32,000 nt of DNA from Nostoc mirabile CHAB5784 (GTDB lineage: Bacteria; Cyanobacteriota; Cyanobacteriia; Cyanobacteriales; Nostocaceae). Of this stretch, positions 15,550-23,271 are shown piece by piece (within the stretch, counting starts at the first letter, position 1; each line of letters starts with the position of its first letter). The stretch lies in contig NZ_JAIVFS010000053.1 in the NCBI RefSeq assembly GCF_020829645.1, positions 18,504-50,503 of the forward strand. The letters run 5' to 3'. The translations under genes were made by a program, and so were the position numbers. The notes beneath the pieces were generated by a model that made no database searches, was not told the origin of the DNA, and saw only the letters and a list, made by a program, of their open reading frames with translations.

Positions 15550-15840
15550 GAGCGATGTCTGCCTTAAAAAGTTTGGACCGGAGGAAACCTCCGCTCCAAC
15601 TTTTCGCTACGACGGGCTATTCGGCGTCGCCCAACAAAAAATCAGCTACATAAATCATATAATTCTCTTCAGAAACACAGAAAAGCGTAGACGCAAAGCG
15701 GTGAGGGGGTCGCAGTCTTGGCGGTTCCCGTCGATTGCTCTCTTCGCAGCGTTAGCGACTGTGCGTAGCGTCACCCCCGAACCCGTTGGCGCAGCCTCTG
15801 TAGAGAAGGGCTTGTCGTCAGACATCGCTTCTCGGCAAAT
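15550..15840. repeat. Cluster of nested small dispersed repeats (SDR-like)
   Basis: GCGATGTCT...ACGACGGGCTATTCGGCGTCGCC is split by a 48-bp hairpin element (15561-15608). Further interleaved copies of GCGTAGACG and CGTCAGACATCGC-type units follow. Confidence 0.6.
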
Positions 15841-15841
15841 C

Positions 15842-16105
15842 TTAAAGGCTATTCCATTCTTCTGGCGTGATTTCCCGCTCTAGAATAACCTCAACTTCCC
15901 CAATCATCATCCGCAATTGCGGTACAGAATACTCATCATTAGAAGGAATAGTTAGACGATATTCCCCGTAAACCATAAACTGATGTCTTGTTCCAGAAAA
16001 AAGCCCCTCAAACCCAATCCATCGTAATTTCTTCAAAAAATCCCGACGCTTACAGGGTATCCATCGGCTCAAGAGTCGGCTCCTTGTTGAGGTCAATATT
16101 ATCAA
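15842..16105 (-). CDS. hicA: HicA-family toxin (start uncertain: TTG 16105 or TTG 16072)
   Basis: Reads CKRRDFLKKLRWIGFEGLFSGTRHQFMVYGEYRLTIPSNDEYSVPQLRMMIGEVE, which is HicA/YcfA-like. It overlaps the 3' end of hicB. Confidence 0.7.
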   Translation of the reverse strand: MIILTSTRSRLLSRWIPCKRRDFLKKLRWIGFEGLFSGTRHQFMVYGEYRLTIPSNDEYSVPQLRMMIGEVEVILEREITPEEWNSL

Positions 16106-16322
16106 TTACTGGTAGAGAATGTCCCAGCTTTAACCCAAGCAAAATCCAGTCTTCCAGTGTTGAGCGTAATTCATCCTCACACTCGCGCAAAGTTGATGCA
16201 AAAGCTATCACTCCTTTGCAAACAGGAATTCTACCTGCAAATGTACCATCTTCTAACTTGTCATAAATTGCCTGAGCGATCGCTCGATCAACATAGTCGC
16301 TCAAAATAAACCTTATCGCCAT
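16050..16322 (-). CDS. hicB: HicB-family antitoxin
   Basis: 90 aa. Reads FAGRIPVCKGVIAFASTLRECEDELRSTLEDWILLGLKLGHSLPVID, a HicB N-terminal-domain-like sequence. Confidence 0.7.
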   Translation of the reverse strand: MAIRFILSDYVDRAIAQAIYDKLEDGTFAGRIPVCKGVIAFASTLRECEDELRSTLEDWILLGLKLGHSLPVIDNIDLNKEPTLEPMDTL

Positions 16323-16522
16323 GAAATCTCGCGTTGTACTACCAGTTTAATCTTATGTTAAATGATGGTGTTTCGCCGATGAAGCGTCTACGCTCTACTT
16401 TCAAGTGTAAATCTACAGGCGATGTCTACGACGGGCTATTCGGCGTCGCCTGTGAGAGTTGAGAGATGAATATAATTGCGTCAAGGTAATCAACCCAATT
16501 GATTTTATTTTAGAGGTATGAA

Positions 16523-16732
16523 ATGAAAATTAAAGTTATTGACGAACAAGAAAATTTACAAGAAGTGATGCAGGTTCTACTCACCCACTTAGAACCATCG
16601 AAGGTAATGAAATTTTGGGCAGCTTGTAAACTAGGTGAAGGCGATTATTTGGAACTTAAAGAAAAACTGTTTGCTGAAGAAACAGTTGCCAGTTTATATG
16701 CCAAAGTCAAAGAATATCAAGATGAATCCTAA
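16523..16732 (+). CDS. Hypothetical 69-aa acidic protein
   Basis: Clean ORF with ATG. I do not recognise the family. Its stop coincides with the breakpoint of the vapB fragment on the opposite strand. Confidence 0.4.
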   Translation: MKIKVIDEQENLQEVMQVLLTHLEPSKVMKFWAACKLGEGDYLELKEKLFAEETVASLYAKVKEYQDES

Positions 16733-16824
16733 TCAACCTTACTACCAGTATCAAGATTAAGATAATCCCTAATTTCTTGAGGAATAGTTATTTGTCCTTT
16801 GCTCGTGATGGTCGCACTAGCCAT
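16729..16824 (-). pseudogene. Truncated second copy of the AbrB-type vapB gene (first 31 codons only)
   Basis: Reads MASATITSKGQITIPQEIRDYLNLDTGSKVD*. The sequence, including the upstream leader, is near-identical to 15365-15480. Homology ends at about 16731. Confidence 0.75.
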
Positions 16825-16954
16825 TACTCAAGTTCCTTACATCAGTTCTTTACTTGATTATAATGTTTATTTACCAATCTAGTATTAATCATCACGGCAT
16901 CAAAGTAATTGAGGTAAAATATCCTTAACTCCAAATACTTGAGGTGCAACAAAG

Positions 16955-17194
16955 ATGGCAACGCTTCAACTTAATATTGAGCAAGTCATAACACTAGTGA
17001 AGCAACTAGCAATTCCAGAGCAACGGATGATATTGCAAGCCATCAAAGTAGAGCAAGATGCTTGGTGGCAAAATAGACTCGAACAGGGAGAGTTACAGAT
17101 GCGCTCTTTGAGTACAACACGGGGACTCAACTGGGATATTATGAGTGAACAAGAGCGAGAAGAATTCATAGACGATCTCATGCATGAAAAGTAA
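16955..17194 (+). CDS. Putative antitoxin of the downstream PIN_3 toxin
   Basis: 79-aa ORF whose stop overlaps the toxin ATG (TAATG at 17192-17196). Confidence 0.55.
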   Translation: MATLQLNIEQVITLVKQLAIPEQRMILQAIKVEQDAWWQNRLEQGELQMRSLSTTRGLNWDIMSEQEREEFIDDLMHEK

Positions 17195-17610
17195 TGATCT
17201 CTTATGTAGTTGTTTTCGATACAAACATGCTCTTTTCCGGGCTAGGTTGGCGAGGTAGTCCCTATCGTTGTTTAGAACTTGCTAGAAACGGGCAGATTGA
17301 ATCTGTAACTTGTCGAGAAATTTTATTAGAGTTACGCGAAAAGTTGCAGACAAAGCAAAATCGTTCTCCAATGGATGCAGCCATTGACATTGAGCAAATT
17401 CTCGCTTTTTCACGCTTGGTGGAAATTCCTAATACCCTTAAAGTTGTTGTTGATGATCCTGATGACAATATGGTTATCGAGTGTGCAGTTATCGGGAGAG
17501 CAACACACATTATCACAGGTGATAAGCACCTACTATCATTAGATAAATATCAGGATATTCCTATTCTCAAAGCTGGCGATTTTCTGGGATTACTTGAGCA
17601 AAAGGGATGA
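17194..17610 (+). CDS. PIN-domain toxin (PIN_3 / TIGR00305-like)
   Basis: Reads VVFDTNMLFSG ... DDPDDNMVIECAVIGRATHIITGDKHLL, typical of the putative-toxin PIN family. Confidence 0.75.
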   Translation: MISYVVVFDTNMLFSGLGWRGSPYRCLELARNGQIESVTCREILLELREKLQTKQNRSPMDAAIDIEQILAFSRLVEIPNTLKVVVDDPDDNMVIECAVIGRATHIITGDKHLLSLDKYQDIPILKAGDFLGLLEQKG

Positions 17611-17677
17611 TTGCTTTTCTCTTCTGGTGAATAATGGAATGCCTAGACGCGCAGGGGCGAGTCAAGAGACATCGCAA

Positions 17678-19045
17678 TTAAAACAAGTGTTCAATACGAT
17701 TATTATTTAAACTCTCACTTTTTTTCAGATATTGTCGGAAATATAAACGATATAATTCACACGCAACAGTACTGCGATCGCCTTCTAAATTAATTAGCCC
17801 CATACTCTGTAATTTACATGCCAATGCTGGCTCTAATTGCACATAATTTGTAGCGTTAATTACCTCATAAAAAGCATTTTGCAATTCTGGCTCATCTTGT
17901 AGCACTAACACAAACTGCTTTAAATACTCGTGATAAATTCCTGCTTCTGTGGGTGTTTCTTGCAATAGCTGTTCTAAATCCCTTTCTAGTCCCCCTTTAC
18001 CCACAAGGTGATAAAAAGCCAATCGCACCAAATAAGGATATCCTCCCACCATTGCCATTAAACTCTCGACGTTTTTACCATTTGTCCAATCCAAGCCGTG
18101 ACGTAGTGCCAAATCCAGCACCTGCTCTCTTGTAAAGGGAGATAAATTAATCGGTAAACCAATATTAAATGGTGATTGAGTCAGTTTTATCGGAACGAGA
18201 ATTTCCGTTGAATAAACCAGAACTAGACGCAGTTTTTGCCAAACTTCTACCCCTTTGGCTTGTTCATACCACGATCGCACCAATGGTAACAATTCTTCAA
18301 CAATTTCTTGATGCTCAAACACCCAGTCCACCTCATCCAATACCAAAACAAGGGGAGTTTCTGGCGCAGACAGTAAATATTCTTGGAAATAGATAAAGCA
18401 ACTGACTTTGCTATCCATATCTTCATTCCAATAATCATTAAGTTTTGGTTCTAGCTGTAACTCCCGACTGACGTTTGTACAGAACCAGCGCAGAAATGTA
18501 TCCAAACTGGCAAATACTGCTTTATCTGCTTGCTGAAAGTCCAACGTCACGGTGCGAAAGCCTTGATTGTTAGCGCGTGCAAGCAACCGCAAAATCAGAG
18601 AGCTTTTCCCCATCTTCTTCGGTGCTTTGATGCAGATGACACTCCCAGGTTTAGCCATTTCTGCGTAGGCGAGTTCCTCAATTGGCGGGCGAGGGATGTA
18701 GAATCTGGAATTAAGGGATACTGGGCCACTAGGAAATTCTAAGGATATAGCCGTGGCTGCTTTATTGAATTCCTTAACTAACTGTTGATGCGCTTTGCTA
18801 AGACGGTGATTTTCTACACTCTGGCGGAAGTTTGATTTATTTATCGGTTCTTTGCAAAAATTACTCAGTAATTGCCATAAATGAGCAGCAATTTTCCTGA
18901 CACGTTCCTCGTCGTAGTCAGCTTCACAGGCTATATTTGTGTAGGTTTTTCCTTCCCACGAAGAACGCAATATAATCTCTTGGAGTGTCGTTAAACCGGT
19001 TGCTTGACTGGCTTTTAGTAGCAATACTACTTCATCTATAGTCAT
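17678..19045 (-). CDS. AAA-like (AAA_35 / STAND-like) ATPase with an N-terminal HTH-like domain
   Basis: 455 aa. Walker A is KAPKKMGKSSL and Walker B is LVLVLDEVD. The N-terminal ~80 aa read LTTLQEIILRSSWEGKTYTNIACEADYDEERVRKIAAHLWQLLS. Confidence 0.65.
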   Translation of the reverse strand: MTIDEVVLLLKASQATGLTTLQEIILRSSWEGKTYTNIACEADYDEERVRKIAAHLWQLLSNFCKEPINKSNFRQSVENHRLSKAHQQLVKEFNKAATAISLEFPSGPVSLNSRFYIPRPPIEELAYAEMAKPGSVICIKAPKKMGKSSLILRLLARANNQGFRTVTLDFQQADKAVFASLDTFLRWFCTNVSRELQLEPKLNDYWNEDMDSKVSCFIYFQEYLLSAPETPLVLVLDEVDWVFEHQEIVEELLPLVRSWYEQAKGVEVWQKLRLVLVYSTEILVPIKLTQSPFNIGLPINLSPFTREQVLDLALRHGLDWTNGKNVESLMAMVGGYPYLVRLAFYHLVGKGGLERDLEQLLQETPTEAGIYHEYLKQFVLVLQDEPELQNAFYEVINATNYVQLEPALACKLQSMGLINLEGDRSTVACELYRLYFRQYLKKSESLNNNRIEHLF

Positions 19046-19417
19046 TACTCATCGGCTCTAAAGCATGAAATTTTCTCACACCATTATTCTTTGGAACTCA
19101 ATGTAACCTGGCTTCTATGGATAGCAGCCAGTCCTTTCCCAAAAATCTACAAACAAAGCTTGACAATTTTTTTGTATCCTGAAAAATTTGACGTGACTTC
19201 AGCATAGAATTTTTTTTACAAATTTTTTCGAGTTTTTAGGTAATTATATGTGATTTTAACTACTTTTTTTAGACATATCTTAGAATGTAGATGCACACAA
19301 TGGAGCTATTTTTTCTAAAAATGGCCACTGCGATCGCATTACCTTTTTCTAAATTCCATCCAAATTGATGATATGGGCAGTGACAGCCTAATCAACTAAG
19401 TAGACGATTTATCTATT

Positions 19418-19508
19418 AGGACTTACGCAAAAGTACACGCGCTCAGGGGCAATTCATGAATTGCCCCTACGTGAAATAAGGGTTTCGACTATTGTTTGCG
19501 TAAGTCCT
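19418..19508. mobile_element. 91-bp MITE of the AGGACTTACGCA TIR family
   Basis: The TIRs are AGGACTTACGCAAA (19418-19431) and TTTGCGTAAGTCCT (19495-19508). There is an internal hairpin AGGGGCAATTCATGAATTGCCCCT. The termini match those of the 2454-2864 element. Confidence 0.65.
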
Positions 19509-19585
19509 GTCTATAACTGGATCGTCAGGGTGCTAAGACAGCGTAGAGAGAGCTACAGGATATCTTCCTCATCGTACCAGCAGCT

Positions 19586-21112
19586 ATGCATATCGAAAAA
19601 CCCGTTACCCATGAACCGGAAGCTCTATCAGTACAAGATTCCCAGAGTTTCCCAGAAACAAAAGACTTATCTCAAGAAAATTTAGATACTTGTCAATGCT
19701 CACAAGCCGCTTTACAAATGGCATTAATAGCCAGTGGCTTGGGGTTGTGGGATTGGAATCTAATAACCAATAAAACCTATTATGATCCTCAGTGGAAAGG
19801 CATTCTGGGGTATGGAGTAGACGAAATCGATAATGACTATAAATCCTTTGAGCAACTTGTACATCCACAGGATTTACCAAGAATTCGCCAGGTATTGCAC
19901 GATTATCTGGAAGGATGCACACCTGTGTTTGAAGTCGAATTGCGAATGTTGACTAAATCCGGTGAGTGGAAGTGGATTCTGGCTTGTGGGAAAGTATTTC
20001 AGTGGGATGAATTCGGTAAGCCAGTGCGGATGGCGGGGACGCACAAGGATATTACTCAGGATAAAGCGATGTCTACGACGGGCTGCGCCTACGCTACTCA
20101 ACAATACCAACTATTTGAACAACTCCAGTCTACCGAAGACCAAGTTAGGGAAAAATCACAGCAGCTAGAAACTACCCTCGAAGAACTCAAATATACCCAA
20201 AAGCAGTTATTGCAGAACCAGAAAATGGCTAACCTCGGTCAACTGGTGGCGGATATGACTAACGAAATTAACAACCCCGTTAGCTTCATCTACGGCAATC
20301 TCCATCCTGCGAGTCAATACGCTGAAGACTTAATCAGAATCATTGAACTTTACCAACATCACTATCCCACACCGACACCAGTCATAGCCTTACAGCTGCA
20401 ACGCCTTGACCTTGGTTTCGTGAAGAAAGACTTTTTGAAACTGCTGTGGTCAATGCGAGCCGGATCTGAGCGCGTTAAAGAAATTGTTTTCGCCTTGCAG
20501 AATTTTTCAAACTCTGACGAAAGTCAAATGAAAAAGGTTGACCTCCATGAAGGACTTGATAGTGTTCTAAGGATTTTGCAGCATCGTTTGAAAGAAAAGC
20601 CTGATAGAGCCGGGATTGAAGTAATTAAAAACTTTGGGGAATTGCCCTTAATCGAGTGTTACCCTGGTGAACTAAATCAGGTATTTATGAACATTTTGAC
20701 TAATGCCATTGATGCCTTAGAAGAAAGGATGAAACATGATTATTCCTTTACTCCCAATATTTTTATTCATACAGAAATTATTAGCAGTCATTTATCATTA
20801 GTCAATAGTAATGAACTTTGGGTAAATGATAAACTACTAGGAAAAAAACACAAAGTTATAATTCGCATTTCTGACAATGGCAAAGGCATACTTCCCCATA
20901 TTCAAAGACAGATATTTGAACCATTTTTTACGACTAAACCAGTAGGCAAAAGTCAAGGGCTAGGACTATCAATTAGTCGGCAAATTATAGTTGAAAAACA
21001 TCAAGGTAAACTTAAGTGTAATTCTCAATTAGGTCAAGGCACAGAGTTGGTGATTGAGATGAATACAACAGCAAGACACTATACCGCTATTAGAAAACAC
21101 GCCAGTTTTTAG
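19586..21112 (+). CDS. PAS-domain sensor histidine-kinase-like protein (H-box histidine replaced by Asn)
   Basis: The PAS region reads GLWDWNLITNKTYYDPQWKGILGY...GTHKDITQ. The H-box-like region is LGQLVADMTNEINNPVSF. The N-box is FMNILTNAIDA, G1 is DNGKGI and G2 is GLGLSIS. Confidence 0.8.
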   Translation: MHIEKPVTHEPEALSVQDSQSFPETKDLSQENLDTCQCSQAALQMALIASGLGLWDWNLITNKTYYDPQWKGILGYGVDEIDNDYKSFEQLVHPQDLPRIRQVLHDYLEGCTPVFEVELRMLTKSGEWKWILACGKVFQWDEFGKPVRMAGTHKDITQDKAMSTTGCAYATQQYQLFEQLQSTEDQVREKSQQLETTLEELKYTQKQLLQNQKMANLGQLVADMTNEINNPVSFIYGNLHPASQYAEDLIRIIELYQHHYPTPTPVIALQLQRLDLGFVKKDFLKLLWSMRAGSERVKEIVFALQNFSNSDESQMKKVDLHEGLDSVLRILQHRLKEKPDRAGIEVIKNFGELPLIECYPGELNQVFMNILTNAIDALEERMKHDYSFTPNIFIHTEIISSHLSLVNSNELWVNDKLLGKKHKVIIRISDNGKGILPHIQRQIFEPFFTTKPVGKSQGLGLSISRQIIVEKHQGKLKCNSQLGQGTELVIEMNTTARHYTAIRKHASF

Positions 21113-21224
21113 GTAATTAACCTTGGGCAGAACGTGTTAATTTTTGCAAGTCGATGCATTAACAAGGCGGCCTTCGCATTCACAATACCTAAGTTCGATA
21201 GATTTAGTCTTGTCTTTTTTACAC

Positions 21225-22049
21225 CTAAATTACAGCACAAGCCATCAGTACACTTCCTACGACAATTACCGCGATCGCACTAATTATCGGCGTATACTGC
21301 TGTAATGGTTGCACCCATGAAAAACCCTTCAGCCATTGGTGAGCATAAATAATGACTAAACCAATGGTTACTAGTACGATTGCTAATCCCACACTGAATG
21401 CACACACCAAGATTAAACCGTATGCAGTTTGGTGAAGTGCAATCGCACTCAACAATAATACCAGCGCTGACGGGCAAGGAACTAGACCACCAGCGATTCC
21501 CAGAGTTAAAAGAGACTGTAACGTAACTTGAGAATTTGCAGAATGATGGCGATCGTTGTGAGTGTGATGATGATAAGCAGAATCATTGTGAGTGTGATGA
21601 TGATGTTTGGGTGCGGGGTTGAGATAGCGATCAAGTAACCAAAAACCAACACTACAGACCATCAATCCGCTCAGTAAACTGAGAAATGGATACAATTGCT
21701 CTGGTAAAATATATTGAGATAATAACAAGGCTAAAATACCGAGTGCAAAAACGCTGATTGTGTGGGTAAGGGTTGTCACCAGCCCCAGCACAACTGCTTG
21801 CTTAGGAGTACCCCGCGAACCAACGAGATATGCTGCTACCATCGTTTTTCCGTGTCCAGGTGAAAGAGCGTGTCCGGCTCCCGCCATCAGCGCGATGCCG
21901 ATACCACTGAACATTAAAGATGGAGAGAGGGTCATCTGAGCCAGGTTTTGCATCAGAAAGCTACCATGTCCGATGTGAGCCACGGCTGGTTGACTCGGCA
22001 GAAAACTAACTAGCAATGCCAAACCGAAAACCAGGATCAGCCTGTTCAT
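21225..22049 (-). CDS. NicO/RcnA-type nickel/cobalt transporter with a His-rich loop
   Basis: It has multiple TM helices, the HGKT motif and the loop HHHHTHNDSAYHHHTHNDRHH (internally duplicated 30-nt segment). Confidence 0.65.
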   Translation of the reverse strand: MNRLILVFGLALLVSFLPSQPAVAHIGHGSFLMQNLAQMTLSPSLMFSGIGIALMAGAGHALSPGHGKTMVAAYLVGSRGTPKQAVVLGLVTTLTHTISVFALGILALLLSQYILPEQLYPFLSLLSGLMVCSVGFWLLDRYLNPAPKHHHHTHNDSAYHHHTHNDRHHSANSQVTLQSLLTLGIAGGLVPCPSALVLLLSAIALHQTAYGLILVCAFSVGLAIVLVTIGLVIIYAHQWLKGFSWVQPLQQYTPIISAIAVIVVGSVLMACAVI

Positions 22050-22483
22050 AGACCACTCGCTTCCGACTTAGAAGCGCGGTACAAACCATAGCCAATCAAC
22101 GCCAAAATAACGCTGACTGTTGCAACAGCAACGTTAGGATAAATGGGAATGCCTCCTATAATTGGTGGAGCTTCTTTAAGATCGGCTTGCAAACTGGTTC
22201 CAGGAATCACTAGCGTCACAAAGAAAAAGGGCGACCAGAAGGTCACAGGTACTAACATTGCGACGGTGTAACCGATGTCAGGTTCGGTAGTTCGTCGCCA
22301 TAGTAACCACAGCGCCACAATACTCATTCCACTCAGTAACCATAGCATCACTGCATCATGGAATTTAGCATGGGGATGCCATTCGGGGTTAAAGAGGTGA
22401 GTCGCGTTCCAATCTACCGCTACGGAAACTACAGCAGTGCTGACGAGAACGACAGAAAGCAATATACGACTAATTCTTCTCAT
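22046..22483 (-). CDS. Small integral membrane protein (about 4 TM), co-oriented with the transporter and overlapping it by 4 nt
   Basis: 145-aa hydrophobic ORF with an ATGA overlap with the downstream gene. I do not recognise the family. Confidence 0.5.
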   Translation of the reverse strand: MRRISRILLSVVLVSTAVVSVAVDWNATHLFNPEWHPHAKFHDAVMLWLLSGMSIVALWLLWRRTTEPDIGYTVAMLVPVTFWSPFFFVTLVIPGTSLQADLKEAPPIIGGIPIYPNVAVATVSVILALIGYGLYRASKSEASGL

Positions 22484-22733
22484 AAAATTTTTTGGTGTAC
22501 CCTTAATTAATCGCTTTCACTGGTGTGTGTTCATCAGTCGTAGATCCCACAAATGAAGGTACAATGTGCTACTGGATAAACGATAGACTTTTCTTGCTAT
22601 ATCTAATCATGATTTAGGTCATTCTTGCGATGCCTACGGCGGGCTACGCCTACGGGATTCGTATCGCGGAGTTCTACTAAGCGTAAGGTTAGGGCTAGGG
22701 GAGTATAAGGGTAGTACAAACAGCACAGTAGTA

Positions 22734-23225
22734 ATGTTTACGTTTCACCTAATCGACGAGAGTAACGCACGCGCTATCCTAAGTTGGCGATATCAGCCAC
22801 CCTATGATTTATACAACTACTTAGAGGATGAAGCTAATCTACTACAACATATTCTTCACCCCCAGAATACCTTCTACAGCATTATGGATGAAAATAGCGA
22901 GTTAGTAGCTTACTGTTCATTTGGACAAGATGGACAGGTCACTGGTGGTAATTACCATAATCAGGCGTTGGATATTGGCATGGGAATTCGCCCTGACTTG
23001 ACCGGACAAAGAAAGGGTGCTGAGTATGCTAATGCCGTATTGGAATTTGCAGAGAGTTTATTTAAACCAAAAACTTTTCGGGTAACGATCGCAGCATTCA
23101 ACAAGCGTGCGATACGGGTATGGCAGAAATTGGGATTCCAGTATCAGCAATCATTTGAGCGAGGAAGTGATGGAATGCAATTTATTGTTTTATTGCGAAC
23201 AGACTACTGTAACAGCAATCAGTAA
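22734..23225 (+). CDS. GNAT-family N-acetyltransferase
   Basis: 163 aa, with the Q/R-x-x-G-x-G/A-like block LTGQRKGAEYANAVLEFA and NKRAIRVWQKLGF. Confidence 0.7.
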   Translation: MFTFHLIDESNARAILSWRYQPPYDLYNYLEDEANLLQHILHPQNTFYSIMDENSELVAYCSFGQDGQVTGGNYHNQALDIGMGIRPDLTGQRKGAEYANAVLEFAESLFKPKTFRVTIAAFNKRAIRVWQKLGFQYQQSFERGSDGMQFIVLLRTDYCNSNQ

Positions 23226-23271
23226 AGGAGTACTGACTAATTTAGAACTTCCCAAACCAGATGTACCCATT

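Noticed and set aside
15545-15883. 112-aa ORF on the plus strand
   Set aside because: It is composed almost entirely of nested SDR-type repeats, shows no family signal, and overlaps the hicA 3' end.
17953-18742. Several 60-75 aa ORFs on both strands inside 17678-19045
   Set aside because: They are shadows of the AAA-like ATPase gene.
19150-19215. Possible sigma-70 promoter elements (TTGACA at 19159-19164; TAGAAT at about 19205)
   Set aside because: The spacing to any -10-like hexamer is not convincing (11 nt, or a poor -10). The region is generally AT-rich, so chance matches are expected.
19461-19685. 74-aa plus-strand ORF upstream of or overlapping the kinase start
   Set aside because: It starts inside the 91-bp MITE and overlaps the kinase ORF, so it is not credible as a gene.
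21540-21610. Internal 30-nt duplication in the transporter His-rich loop (HHHTHND x2)
   Set aside because: This is a real feature of the sequence, but expansion of His-rich loops by slippage is common in Ni/Co transporters, so it is not noteworthy on its own.
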